Below are positions 49,257 to 59,478 of a stretch of 64,000 nucleotides of DNA, one piece after another. The stretch covers positions 387,731-451,730 of the forward strand of contig JBITAJ010000022.1 of assembly GCA_044440125.1 (NCBI GenBank). The letters run 5' to 3'. The notes under the pieces were generated by a model, which saw only the letters and a program-made list of their open reading frames with translations, did no database searches and was not told where the DNA came from. Numbering within the stretch: the first letter of the stretch is position 1; every line of letters starts with the position of its first letter. A program made the translations under genes and the position numbers. Source of the stretch: Sedimentisphaeraceae bacterium JB056. Lineage in GTDB: Bacteria > Planctomycetota > Phycisphaerae > Sedimentisphaerales > Sedimentisphaeraceae.

Positions 49257-49750
49257 ACCACGAATCACACTAAATTCACAAAATTATAAAATTATTTTCG
49301 TGTGATTCATTATAATTGAGGATTTATTGTACGAGGAAGTAATGAAAAATGTGATTTATCCGGAAGAATCATATGCTGTCCAGGGGGCAATGTTTGAAGT
49401 ATATAGAGAAATGGGCAACGGTTTTTTAGAAGCAGTTTATCAGGAATGTCTTGAAAAGGAGTTTTCAAAGCAAAATATAAACTTTATCGCCCAGCCCGTT
49501 ATTGAGCTTAAATACAAGGGAGAAAAATTGAAGCAATTTTATCGACCGGATTTTATTTGCTTCAATAAAATAATAGTTGAACTTAAAGCAGTGAATAATA
49601 TAGTGAAAGAATACGAAGCGCAATTACAAAACTATCTTTACGCTACAGGCTTGAGACTTGGAATAATCGCCAATTTCGGTCACTATCCAGGGTTTGAGTT
49701 CAAAAGAATAGCATTATAATTAATTTCGTGTATTTAGTGTGATTCGTGGT
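49257..49750. mobile_element. Putative GxxExxY cassette bounded by terminal inverted repeats
   Basis: 49256-49286 and 49721-49751 are 29/31 reverse complements; TAA on both outer sides of ACCACG...CGTGGT. Confidence 0.65.
49342..49719 (+). CDS. GxxExxY protein (PD-(D/E)XK nuclease superfamily)
   Basis: GFLEAVY motif; RPDFI...IVELKA; QLQNYL...IIANFG; GAGGA RBS before ATG 49342. Confidence 0.92.
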   Translation: MKNVIYPEESYAVQGAMFEVYREMGNGFLEAVYQECLEKEFSKQNINFIAQPVIELKYKGEKLKQFYRPDFICFNKIIVELKAVNNIVKEYEAQLQNYLYATGLRLGIIANFGHYPGFEFKRIAL

Positions 49751-49757
49751 TAATATT

Positions 49758-50747
49758 ATGGCTAAAAACGAAAAGAGTGAATTTTGTCCTGTATACGTAA
49801 TTGCAGGTAAAGACAGCTTTCTTGTTAACAAGGAATGCGAAGCTATACTATCTTCGTTGATGGACCCTGAAGAGAGGGATATGGCAATGTATTCTGTTGA
49901 GGCAAATAAGGCTGAGATAACCGATGTGCTTGATGAGCTCCGCACGTTGCCATTTCTTGCCAAAAAGCGTGTTGTAGTCATAAGGGATGCTGACAAATTC
50001 GTGTCGGCTAACAGGGAGCAGCTTGAGAAATACCTTGATAACCCATCAAAAAAAGGTATTCTCGTGATGACTGTAAGCAGTTGGCCCAAAACCACAAGAA
50101 TTGCCAAGAAAGCCGCTAAAGTAGGTAAAACCATCGTAACCGAAGAAATCAAGCGATGGAAACTGGCCGATTACGCTGTTGGTTACGCAAAAACCGAATA
50201 CAATAAGAAACTCAGTAAAACTGCCGCCCAGCTTATAGTCGATATGGCCGGCGATGAGGTGGCACTTGTCTGCGGCGAGATTGCAAAACTCACAACATAC
50301 GTTGGTGAGGCAAAAGAAATCACTGCTGATGATGTTACCAAACTCTGCGGCAACAACCGTGAATTCGACCTTTTCGCCGTGATAGACGAAATGAGCAAAG
50401 GAAGAACAGCGGTAGCCGTGGAAAAGCTTCGCAACATGTTCTCGACAAGCAAAGACGCTGAATATACTGTTGTGGGAGGCCTGGCTTTCCATTTCAGACG
50501 CATGTTCAGGGCAAGAGCCATGATGGATTCAGGCATCTCAACTTTTGAAATAGCCAAGCAGCTTCGTATCTGGGGTGACAAGGATTCATTCTTCACGCAG
50601 CTCAGAAAATGGCAGCTTACAACAATAGCATCCATAATCGAAGCCTTGGCGAGAATAGACTTTGAATCCAAAACCGGCCAGTGCCGCACCAACGTTGAGA
50701 TAGAGCAGCTTATAATGAAAGTCTCAATGAAGCTTTCGAGACGCTAA
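49758..50747 (+). CDS. holA: DNA polymerase III delta subunit
   Basis: PVYVIAG.D.FL, TLPFLAKKRVVV, EIAKL..Y and D...KTG motifs. Confidence 0.9.
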   Translation: MAKNEKSEFCPVYVIAGKDSFLVNKECEAILSSLMDPEERDMAMYSVEANKAEITDVLDELRTLPFLAKKRVVVIRDADKFVSANREQLEKYLDNPSKKGILVMTVSSWPKTTRIAKKAAKVGKTIVTEEIKRWKLADYAVGYAKTEYNKKLSKTAAQLIVDMAGDEVALVCGEIAKLTTYVGEAKEITADDVTKLCGNNREFDLFAVIDEMSKGRTAVAVEKLRNMFSTSKDAEYTVVGGLAFHFRRMFRARAMMDSGISTFEIAKQLRIWGDKDSFFTQLRKWQLTTIASIIEALARIDFESKTGQCRTNVEIEQLIMKVSMKLSRR

Positions 50748-50752
50748 TCCCT

Positions 50753-52021
50753 TTATTCATTAACTGCCGCAATCATCTTCTGCATATCATAACCGGAAGG
50801 CGATTGGAACACTTTAAGTTCAAACTCCGGTACAATAGCGAGTATGTGATCAAATATATCTGCCTGTACCGCCTCATAATTCGCCCACACTTTATCAGAA
50901 CAGAATACATATATCTCAATGGGGATTCCCTGTGAAGTAGGCTGCAGATGCCTTACAAGAAACGTCATATCTTGATTTATCATCGGATGGTTACGCAGAT
51001 AAGCTGCAAGATACGCACGGAAAGTACCGATATTAGTAAGCCTGCGTCCATTGACCGTTACAGACTCATCAACTTTCTTTTCAACATTGAATTGAGCAAC
51101 ATCCTTTTTCTTTTTATCAATATATTCACTGATATACTGTATCTTTCGGAATTTCTCCAGCATCTTTTCATCGCAGAATTTTATACTCGACATATCGATG
51201 CAAATACAGCGTTTTATCCGCCTGCCGCCCGATTCACTCATCCCCCGCCAGTTCTTGAACGAGTCGGAAATCATCGAGTATGCCGGGATAGTAGTTATCG
51301 TCTTGTCCCAATTCTGCACCTTCACGGTAGTAAGCGAAACATCGATAACATCGCCGTCAGCTCCATATTTTGGCATTTCAACCCAGTCACCAATACGAAC
51401 CATCCTGTTGGCATTCATCTGCACACCGGCAACAAACCCAAGAATGGAATCCTTGAATATCAACATCAGAATGGCAGTAAGAGCACCAAGCCCGCTCAAA
51501 AGCCCCTTGGGATTTTTGTCGAGAAGAATCGACAATACCACTATCACTACCACAAGAAAAGCAATTATCTTGAACGCCTGCACAAAACTGCGTATCGGCA
51601 TTTTCTCTTCATGGTCAACCTTGTGATATACATCAACTATCCAGTTGAGCATTGAGAAGAATACCCTCAGCGAAACTATCACCACGTAAATATTCACCGT
51701 TGCACGCATAAATGCAATCGACCCAGGAGAACCTTCCAACACCGCTGGCGACATGAAATGAACCACCAGTGCTGGTATGAACAGCCACATCCTTTTGAAG
51801 AAACCATGTTCCACAAGCATATCATCCCAGTCGGTCTTAGTCCTGGATATGAGACGCCTCGCAAACTTATCAAGAATATTGCCGGCTATATAATATGAAG
51901 CAAAGGTCAGAACCGCCATAACCAGCAGCAATATCAGCCTGCTAATAAATATGGACGTCTCTGTTTCCATCGCAGGATTAATCTCTTTCAGGTAATCGGA
52001 TAGTAAAAATAGCATTTTCAA
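50753..52021 (-). CDS. Small-conductance mechanosensitive channel (YbdG/MscM-like)
   Basis: GDWVEMPKYGADG, FKNWRGMSESGGRRIKR and LTNIGTFRAY motifs. Confidence 0.92.
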   Translation of the reverse strand: MKMLFLLSDYLKEINPAMETETSIFISRLILLLVMAVLTFASYYIAGNILDKFARRLISRTKTDWDDMLVEHGFFKRMWLFIPALVVHFMSPAVLEGSPGSIAFMRATVNIYVVIVSLRVFFSMLNWIVDVYHKVDHEEKMPIRSFVQAFKIIAFLVVVIVVLSILLDKNPKGLLSGLGALTAILMLIFKDSILGFVAGVQMNANRMVRIGDWVEMPKYGADGDVIDVSLTTVKVQNWDKTITTIPAYSMISDSFKNWRGMSESGGRRIKRCICIDMSSIKFCDEKMLEKFRKIQYISEYIDKKKKDVAQFNVEKKVDESVTVNGRRLTNIGTFRAYLAAYLRNHPMINQDMTFLVRHLQPTSQGIPIEIYVFCSDKVWANYEAVQADIFDHILAIVPEFELKVFQSPSGYDMQKMIAAVNE

Positions 52022-52057
52022 ATCTCAAATATTAAACTTCAAATCATTAATTATTAA

Positions 52058-53293
52058 TCACTTTTTCCCGTCAAACTCAAATGACGGCATACCGATAATA
52101 AACGGCCGGTCTCTGCCGATATTATTCAATAATCCAACCGCTATCATATTCACGATCAGGCTCGAACCGCCATAGCTAACAAGCGGCAGCGTCAAACCTG
52201 TTATAGGCATAAGTCCCATAGTCATGCTCGTATTTACGACCACCTGTACCATAAGCATCGCAACGATACCAATAGCAATAAGCCTGCCGTAAGGATCGGT
52301 ATTGTTCCAGGCAATCTCAAGCCCGCACGCAGCAATAATACAATACAGGAAAAAAACAAACAAGCATCCGACAAGACCCCATTGATGAGCTATCAAAGCA
52401 AATATAAAATCATTATGAGCCTCAGGTAAATGCAGGCTGTCACCGCTAAGATAAGGCCCCTTGCCAAAACCATACCCAAACACTCCGCCGCTGGCTATCG
52501 CCTGCTTGGAATGCATAAGATGATAACCTTTATCACGCTTCCAGCGTATCAGATTTGCGCTGCTGCCGGCAAGTGCTTCTGCAAGCTTTTCATTGTTTTT
52601 GGCAGCATTATATATTTTATCATTTTGCAGCAGCACGCTTGCTATTCTCATTCGCTGATAAGCATGCATGTTCATCCACAATAAAGGGCTTGCCAATACT
52701 CCAAGAAGGATGATAGTTATAAGATGCCACTTTTTCGCCCCGGCAGCAAATAATGTAGCAAATAAAATCGGCATCATTAGAAGTACAGTTCCAAGATCAG
52801 GCTCGAGTATTATAAGCATCATCGCAAGAAGAGTAAGCCCGAAAGGCCCTATTAGTCCTTTGAGAGTGCGATAATTACTTCGATATCTCAGGTACCATGA
52901 AAGCGAAAGTATATAAGCTATTTTACAGAATTCCGAGGGCTGAACTTGGATACCCGCTATTCTTATCCATCTGCGAGATCCATTTATGACCGGCACGATA
53001 CTGCGCCAAAACTCCGGCATAGGCAGGAACTTACCTAATAACAGAACCCCCAGCAATATGATTATTATTCCATAAAGCCAGTAACTCAATGGTCCTAATA
53101 GTCGATAATGAAGCGAATTTACAGAGAGAAATCCAACGAGACCTATTATTATATACACAAGCTGTTTGATCCAGAAATTCTCCTCTGGTTGAGCAGCATA
53201 AATGCAAAGCATCCCTATCCCCATCAGCGTTATAGCCGAAAGCAGCATAGTTAAACGCAAGAATGCTAATCTGCCGCTTATAATATCAAACAT
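52058..53293 (-). CDS. rodA: SEDS family peptidoglycan polymerase (RodA/FtsW)
   Basis: GSRRWI, QPSEFCK, EPDLGT, LPEAHNDFIF, GLTLPLVSYGGSS; HAYQRMRI and GYH..S..AI.SGG favour RodA. Confidence 0.8.
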   Translation of the reverse strand: MFDIISGRLAFLRLTMLLSAITLMGIGMLCIYAAQPEENFWIKQLVYIIIGLVGFLSVNSLHYRLLGPLSYWLYGIIIILLGVLLLGKFLPMPEFWRSIVPVINGSRRWIRIAGIQVQPSEFCKIAYILSLSWYLRYRSNYRTLKGLIGPFGLTLLAMMLIILEPDLGTVLLMMPILFATLFAAGAKKWHLITIILLGVLASPLLWMNMHAYQRMRIASVLLQNDKIYNAAKNNEKLAEALAGSSANLIRWKRDKGYHLMHSKQAIASGGVFGYGFGKGPYLSGDSLHLPEAHNDFIFALIAHQWGLVGCLFVFFLYCIIAACGLEIAWNNTDPYGRLIAIGIVAMLMVQVVVNTSMTMGLMPITGLTLPLVSYGGSSLIVNMIAVGLLNNIGRDRPFIIGMPSFEFDGKK

Positions 53294-54626
53294 CACTCTT
53301 AGCCACATTAATATCGCTGAGCGTCACATCACCCAAACGCTGTCCGTACTGCTCTGATGCCTCTTTTAAGGACTGGCAATTTTCAATATAGACATCTATC
53401 CGATGATCTATTGCAAGAGCCTTGAGCTCCGAAAGGAATATTTTGTCAGAAGAACGTGCAAGTGAATACCCCTCATTAGGCTCAGACGTACTTACAAGAA
53501 CCCCGGCCTTAACAAGCCTTCCAAGAATGTGATACACCAATTTATAAGGCAATGAAAACTTCCTGACTATCTTCTCACCGCCAACAGGACCATTACCTTT
53601 ATCAAACTCGTCACTGATATATCCCATGACAGCGATTATAGTATCATCGCCGGCTATTGAGAAATTTTCTGTATTATCGACCGAAGAAGTTTCAATAGCA
53701 TCAAGTTTTTCAAGATTCTGAGTGGTATAGGCAAGCTGTACGCCAAAAAGAACTACCAGCCAGCTTATATATATCCACAGCATACTTAAAGGTATCAGAC
53801 CAAGCACTCCATACAATTCACGAAACGGCATATACTCAACGATATAAAAACCGTAAAGCTCCTTCAGCAATACCCAGAGAACAGCCGCAACAGAAGATGC
53901 CCAAAGCGCAGGCAAAGTACGTACTTTGGTATTCGGCATGGACCAGTACAAAAGGAAAAATGCCAATATCGGTATCATCCAACCGCTGAAATCATTTAAG
54001 ATGGTTACAAAACCGCCCATTTTCTTAGATATAATATCAAGGGTCTTAATATACAAACCGGCACCAATAAGCAGCGGCCCTAAGGTGAGAGGCGTCCAAT
54101 AATAAAAGATTCGCCGCAAAAGCCCCCTGCCGTTCGAGACATTCCATATATTATTGAATGTGCGTTCTATAGTTGTAAGAAGCTTTATCGCCGCCCAAAA
54201 CACAAAAAGTCCACTTAAAAGAGTCGCCGGTCCCTTACTTGATTTTTCAAAGAAACCTCCAATAAGCTTGTTAACATGATCTGTAAGCTTTACCGTTTGC
54301 TCAGGATTAGCCGCATCGGGATACTGAAACTTGTCAAGCTGGATCCCCTCATATACCATATCACGGAATTTTTCTCCAATTCCTTCAGAGCCGGGGAAAC
54401 TCTGAAAAATTATAAGCAGCATTATAGCAAGAGGTATGAACCCGAATATAGAATGATACGCCAACGCTGCGGCCTGCTGGTCAGCGCGGTTAGTCCTCAA
54501 GAGTTTTGCGCAAAGAGGCCATAGCCTGAATTGAAATACAATAAAACGACTAACATGACCAAGCTCATCAAAAGGCGTTGATATAAACTCTTTGAACTTA
54601 TGAATTTTCTCAGAAAATATCATCAA
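53286..54626 (-). CDS. YihY/BrkB membrane protein with probable C-terminal Rrf2-like winged helix
   Basis: AAALAY, IERTFNNIW, YG.LG.IP..MLWIY.SW; C-terminal LVKAG...GYSLAR. Confidence 0.85.
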   Translation of the reverse strand: MMIFSEKIHKFKEFISTPFDELGHVSRFIVFQFRLWPLCAKLLRTNRADQQAAALAYHSIFGFIPLAIMLLIIFQSFPGSEGIGEKFRDMVYEGIQLDKFQYPDAANPEQTVKLTDHVNKLIGGFFEKSSKGPATLLSGLFVFWAAIKLLTTIERTFNNIWNVSNGRGLLRRIFYYWTPLTLGPLLIGAGLYIKTLDIISKKMGGFVTILNDFSGWMIPILAFFLLYWSMPNTKVRTLPALWASSVAAVLWVLLKELYGFYIVEYMPFRELYGVLGLIPLSMLWIYISWLVVLFGVQLAYTTQNLEKLDAIETSSVDNTENFSIAGDDTIIAVMGYISDEFDKGNGPVGGEKIVRKFSLPYKLVYHILGRLVKAGVLVSTSEPNEGYSLARSSDKIFLSELKALAIDHRIDVYIENCQSLKEASEQYGQRLGDVTLSDINVAKSDV

Positions 54627-54638
54627 TTTGATCCTTTA

Positions 54639-57600
54639 TTATTTTTTTTCGAAAAGGTCTTGAAGCCCACGAATACCCTCTTTTATCATCTCTGCCGTTT
54701 CCTCATCGGTATTCTTATCAATTGCATCATCAATCGCTTCTTTTATCTTCTCAGTATTCTTCTCAAGAATCTTTCTTGTATCAATTCGAGGTGAAGACAC
54801 ATCGCCATCAATCGGAAGTACTATCTTTGATTCTTCTTTACCATCTATAGAGTAAGAATAAGGGAGCGTAATATCCATATCGATATCACCGGCAAATGCA
54901 ATAGAGCCTTTGAAGCCTACCGGTTTAGTTCCGAAATATACAATCATATCATCATAGGAAACCCTCTTATCTGCGATCCTGATATCAGTAGGCTCAATTT
55001 TAAGCGAAGCAATGGAACCGCTGCCGGAGCTGACAATATCTTTGATCTGCCCAAGAAAACCAGAAGGCCTCAGTTGAAGATCTTTTACCTCAATTTGAGA
55101 ATCAGTCAACATCTGGTCAATATCTGCTCCAGCCAAAGGTATCTCTAATTTGCGTGAAAGAAGATTAACACTGCCGCTGCTGTTGATTGAACCGGCAAAA
55201 ATAGGATTGATGAATTTCAATAGTCCATCTGACAAGTCGTCATTAATATGGACATCATCTAACAATTTAATGTCATCATCAACGCTAAGTACTATTTGTT
55301 TCTGAGTCATATCTGATGTAGCACCAAAATTGACAAATCCTTCATTAAGAGGAACCCTAAAAGCTGGTATTTTTAGAATACCGGAGTCAACCACTGCGTC
55401 AATATCAGCAACACCAAAATCAAGCCCCATGTAATCAATGCTGTCAAATCCAAAATTGAATTTAGCATCAAGATTCTTCATCGTCCAGGATTTCTCCTGC
55501 GAACCAAGAATTGTCTTTATAGTTCCCGAGCTTTTTCTTGAGCCTTTAATGACCATCCCTGTGGGAAGAAAACTTTCGATTTGCCCCATCTTTTCAAGAT
55601 CATAAGAAAGATCAAAATCGGCATCAAGGCTTCCCTCTTGATCATCTAAAAGCAAATTCGTATTATTGAAATTAAGACTGCACCATTGATTTCTGAACTC
55701 AAGCTTATCAGCATGATAAACGCCTTCTGCCGGTTTTATATCGGCATCAACACCAATGGTAATCCCTTTAGTACTGTAATTACCATCAGCGGTAGCTACA
55801 GAGAGATCACTAAGTCCAGTATCATCGGAAACAATCTTCATACCGTCTTCACCGACTTTAAGCCTTAAAGTTGTGGAGAATAAACCATTTGCATCAAAAT
55901 CTTCAGGTTTCTTATGATAAATATCAAGAAGCTCAACTACTTTTGCTATATTACTTCTAACCTTAAAGAGTGTTACAAACTTATCCGGTTCATCTTCCTT
56001 GAAATTGAAGAAACCCTGGAGTAATTCAAGCTCGCCAAGTATGTTAGATTTCATAAACAGACTGGTAATCCAAAGACGCTGCTCAATATCATCATACTTC
56101 AACCCAAAACTCATATCAGAATATGGGTCGTTTATTGATACAGCATCACCATTTACTATCTTGAATTCCCTGAGAAGTGCAGTACCGTTTATAATCTTAC
56201 TTGAAGGTATCATATCAGCATTCAAGATAAGTTCACCGGAATATTCATATGGTCCAAAATCAACCAGATCGGAGAGTTCACGCTGAGCGACCTTTAATGG
56301 GAATATACCATGAATTTTGAGATCATCGGCCATACCTGAACAACTTATGTTCATGAATATTGAACTAAGTTCTATGGGGTCAATCAGTATACCGTCTTCT
56401 TTGGCTGCAATTTCCGTCCTTAGGGTTATCGGTGCGCTGAGCTTGATATCTTTCCCGCCGCTTTTAGCAGCAAAATTGGATAGCATTATGTTGCCGTAAA
56501 ATACTTTTTCGCCTCCAATACCTGTAGTAGCAAGCTTACCTTTAAGATCTCCAGAGGTCACTTCCATATCATTCTTGCCAAGTAACTGAGGGAATTGTTC
56601 AAGTGCTTTGCTGAGACTGGCATTAAAATCAGCACTAAGCTTAGTCTCAGACGCTGAATTAAAAAGCTCTTCTATACCTTGTTCATTCAACGGAATTTGC
56701 CCGTCAACAGTAAACTTAAACCAGTCACAACCCATAGTAAGCTCTGTAACATTCAGGAATTGTTCATCAGAAGTCAATCTTATTAGAGAATCAAAATCCT
56801 CAAGACGTATCTTGTTATCAGTTTGACCTGATAACACATCTATCTCCTTACTGTTGACAACAAATTTGCTCTTAGTAAGAAGACCTTTTTCCATCTGTCC
56901 GTTTATATCAAAATTAACCAAACCATCTAATTTTGCGTTCACGCCGGCAATATTGAGGATAGGAGAGAAAGAGGAAAGATCTATCGATTCGCCTTCCATC
57001 TTCAATACTGCATCGAACTCCTTCTTCTCGAAAAACAGCTCAGGCCTTTTAGCCAAGGCATAAAGATTAAAGTCAGAATGATCATCACCAAGATTTGCGT
57101 CAAATTCTACACCGCAAGTTTCTCCGGGTGGATTGATTCTTATCTTACCGTTTATATTTGAAAGCGGGAAATTAGAACGCGTCTTATCTTTTTTTATAAC
57201 CTCAAGTATTATACTTACATTTTTAAGATCAACCGCAACATTCCTTATATAGTCAAACTGAATCCATCGAAACTCAGTTGTCTCAGCGGATGCATAGCTG
57301 ACAGTAGGAATAAAAGCTGCCATAGCTGCCTCGAGCTTGCCCTCTATCTCTACGGGCTTATTCTCATCAACAACTATCGTAATAGTAGCATTTTCAATCA
57401 AAGCTTCATTAACACGAACATCTCCGGTAAGCATCGAAAAGTAGTTGGGTTTTGCATATATTTTCTGAGCATCTATGACTATACCGTTTTTATCAGCATA
57501 GCTGACACCTTCAACAGTTATACCTTTTGTCCAGCTTACATCAAGATTGTTGATTTCTACATCCGCAGCCGCAGCAGAAGCGATTTTATTTTTTATGATA

Positions 57601-57752
57601 GATCGTGCGGCAGAAGTGGATAAGATGAAGGGTGTCAGCAATAGCATTAAAAGAAGCAAAACAGCTACTATTGATACTATCTTATAAACCCGAACTTTTT
57701 TTACTTGTTTCTTTTTAACGGCATCTTCTTTGCTGTTATTATTCTCTGCCAT
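54639..57752 (-). CDS. Large membrane-anchored beta-rich protein (AsmA-like)
   Basis: Single N-terminal TM helix, long beta-strand-rich body, C-terminal LPIDG...PRID. Confidence 0.6.
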   Translation of the reverse strand: MAENNNSKEDAVKKKQVKKVRVYKIVSIVAVLLLLMLLLTPFILSTSAARSIIKNKIASAAAADVEINNLDVSWTKGITVEGVSYADKNGIVIDAQKIYAKPNYFSMLTGDVRVNEALIENATITIVVDENKPVEIEGKLEAAMAAFIPTVSYASAETTEFRWIQFDYIRNVAVDLKNVSIILEVIKKDKTRSNFPLSNINGKIRINPPGETCGVEFDANLGDDHSDFNLYALAKRPELFFEKKEFDAVLKMEGESIDLSSFSPILNIAGVNAKLDGLVNFDINGQMEKGLLTKSKFVVNSKEIDVLSGQTDNKIRLEDFDSLIRLTSDEQFLNVTELTMGCDWFKFTVDGQIPLNEQGIEELFNSASETKLSADFNASLSKALEQFPQLLGKNDMEVTSGDLKGKLATTGIGGEKVFYGNIMLSNFAAKSGGKDIKLSAPITLRTEIAAKEDGILIDPIELSSIFMNISCSGMADDLKIHGIFPLKVAQRELSDLVDFGPYEYSGELILNADMIPSSKIINGTALLREFKIVNGDAVSINDPYSDMSFGLKYDDIEQRLWITSLFMKSNILGELELLQGFFNFKEDEPDKFVTLFKVRSNIAKVVELLDIYHKKPEDFDANGLFSTTLRLKVGEDGMKIVSDDTGLSDLSVATADGNYSTKGITIGVDADIKPAEGVYHADKLEFRNQWCSLNFNNTNLLLDDQEGSLDADFDLSYDLEKMGQIESFLPTGMVIKGSRKSSGTIKTILGSQEKSWTMKNLDAKFNFGFDSIDYMGLDFGVADIDAVVDSGILKIPAFRVPLNEGFVNFGATSDMTQKQIVLSVDDDIKLLDDVHINDDLSDGLLKFINPIFAGSINSSGSVNLLSRKLEIPLAGADIDQMLTDSQIEVKDLQLRPSGFLGQIKDIVSSGSGSIASLKIEPTDIRIADKRVSYDDMIVYFGTKPVGFKGSIAFAGDIDMDITLPYSYSIDGKEESKIVLPIDGDVSSPRIDTRKILEKNTEKIKEAIDDAIDKNTDEETAEMIKEGIRGLQDLFEKK

Positions 57753-57824
57753 GTTTTTACTCCACCGTATTCAGGCCTAAACCTCGTTAACTTCCCGCTT
57801 GATATAAAACTACAAGGTAAAATT

Positions 57825-57850
57825 AAAAAAAGCCCCGAAATGACGGGGCT
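57825..57850 (-). terminator. Intrinsic terminator after frr
   Basis: AGCCCCG/CGGGGCT stem with a U-tract on the minus strand. Confidence 0.85.
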
Positions 57851-57861
57851 CGTGTCTTTAA

Positions 57862-58422
57862 TTAGCCGTTAAGAACGTCGTCCGTCTTGTTATTGCAATG
57901 ATCGTCAACTTCTTTTGTATATTTCTTGATCATATCGTCAACAACCTTTTTCGCCTTATCACGCTCATCCTCACTAATAGCCTTGCTCTTCTCTTCATCC
58001 TCTATCTGCTTGATAGCATCACGTCTGATATTACGAAGAGAGATTCTCGCCTGTTCAGCCATTTGCTTAACCTGTGCGGCAATCTTTTGCCTTCTCTCTC
58101 CTGAAAGAGGCGGTATGGGAAGTCTTATCATCTGACCTTCTGTCATAGGACTGAGGCCAAGATCGCTTGTCTTGATAGCCTTCTCAATATCTTTTATCGC
58201 AGAGGGGTCAAAAGGTTTGATAACCAAAGACGTTGCATCAGGAGCAGTAACGGTCGCCATCTGGTTCAATGGAGTCATATTTCCATAGTACAACACTCTC
58301 AAATTATCAACAAGGCCTGTGGAAGCACGGCCTGTACGAAGACTTTTATACTCGTTATCAAGAAAATCTACAGCCTTCTTCATACTAACTTCATGTTCTT
58401 TTAAAATCGCTTTAGTAGGCAT
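57862..58422 (-). CDS. frr: Ribosome recycling factor
   Basis: LRTGRAS, IPPLSGERR and RNIRRDA motifs. Confidence 0.96.
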   Translation of the reverse strand: MPTKAILKEHEVSMKKAVDFLDNEYKSLRTGRASTGLVDNLRVLYYGNMTPLNQMATVTAPDATSLVIKPFDPSAIKDIEKAIKTSDLGLSPMTEGQMIRLPIPPLSGERRQKIAAQVKQMAEQARISLRNIRRDAIKQIEDEEKSKAISEDERDKAKKVVDDMIKKYTKEVDDHCNNKTDDVLNG

Positions 58423-58458
58423 TTTACTTACTCCAATTTATTAATAGTCGATTATTAA

Positions 58459-59187
58459 TTATCCGTTATCACTTATTATCGTGCCGATATCCTCACCTTT
58501 GACAGCACGTATTATATCGTCACCTTTGAACATATTAAGCACTCTTACCGGTATATTATTCTCACGGCACAATGTCATTGCCGCATGATCGATTACCTTT
58601 AAGTCTTTGCTTACTATATCCTGATAGGTTATTTTCTTTATCAATTCAGCTGAAGGGTCTTTCATTGGATCTGCGGTATATACCCCGTCAACTTTTGTGG
58701 CTTTTACAATCATATCAGCCTCAATCTGGCATGCTCTCAGAGCTGCACAGGTATCTGTTGAAAAGAACGGATTGCCCGTACCACCGGCAAGGATTATAAC
58801 CTGACCTTCTTCAAGATAGCTGATTGCTTTTTCACGTACAAAAGGCTCATTAATTGCCTCAACCGGTATTGCGCTGAGTACTTTGGCCGGTTGACCGATA
58901 GATTTCAGTGTCTCACAAAGGGCTGTTGCGTTCATAACCGTCGCAAGCATTCCCATATAATCGGCTGTCGCTCTTGGAATAAGCTTTGCTTCTTGCGAAA
59001 ACGCCGCACCTCGCAAAAGATTGCCGCCGCCAACTACGATAGAAACCTGAGCCCCTGCTTTGCAAATTTCAAGAATACGCTGAGCAGTTGCTTTGGCCTG
59101 CTCGCCATCAATACCAAATCCGCCCTTTTCGCACAGACTCTCGCCTGAAAGTTTCAATAATATCCGTTTATACTTTAATGCATCCAT
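58459..59187 (-). CDS. pyrH: UMP kinase
   Basis: LLKLSGE, GGGN, DYMGMLAT and GTGNPFFSTD motifs. Confidence 0.96.
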   Translation of the reverse strand: MDALKYKRILLKLSGESLCEKGGFGIDGEQAKATAQRILEICKAGAQVSIVVGGGNLLRGAAFSQEAKLIPRATADYMGMLATVMNATALCETLKSIGQPAKVLSAIPVEAINEPFVREKAISYLEEGQVIILAGGTGNPFFSTDTCAALRACQIEADMIVKATKVDGVYTADPMKDPSAELIKKITYQDIVSKDLKVIDHAAMTLCRENNIPVRVLNMFKGDDIIRAVKGEDIGTIISDNG

Positions 59188-59478
59188 ACTATATAGTACC
59201 GTAATCCCATATCTAACAGTAATTTATATTAATTCCAAAACCCAACACAACAAGGCATTCGCCGACCATGTCGCGTAAAAAAACAATACCTATGGCATTA
59301 TATACGATAAACAGTTATTTATCAAGAACCTACGTAGAAAAAGCAATCCGCCCGCCACGATAATATTTACCGGCACGCCAAAGAAGCAAGACTAAAGCCA
59401 GCTAAGTCTTATATAACTTATTTAGCTGTCAGTTAAAACAACATTCTATCCAGCTTTCTTCTACAAAATAAGGTATAC

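Noticed and set aside
49256..49751. Repeats read as a CRISPR array or classical IS
   Set aside because: The repeats are inverted with no spacers or cas genes, and the ORF has no DDE, HUH or recombinase motifs.
49700..50692. Minus-strand ORFs over holA, one ending TTNHTKYTKL
   Set aside because: Antisense shadows; the periodic tail is just the translated 9-bp repeat.
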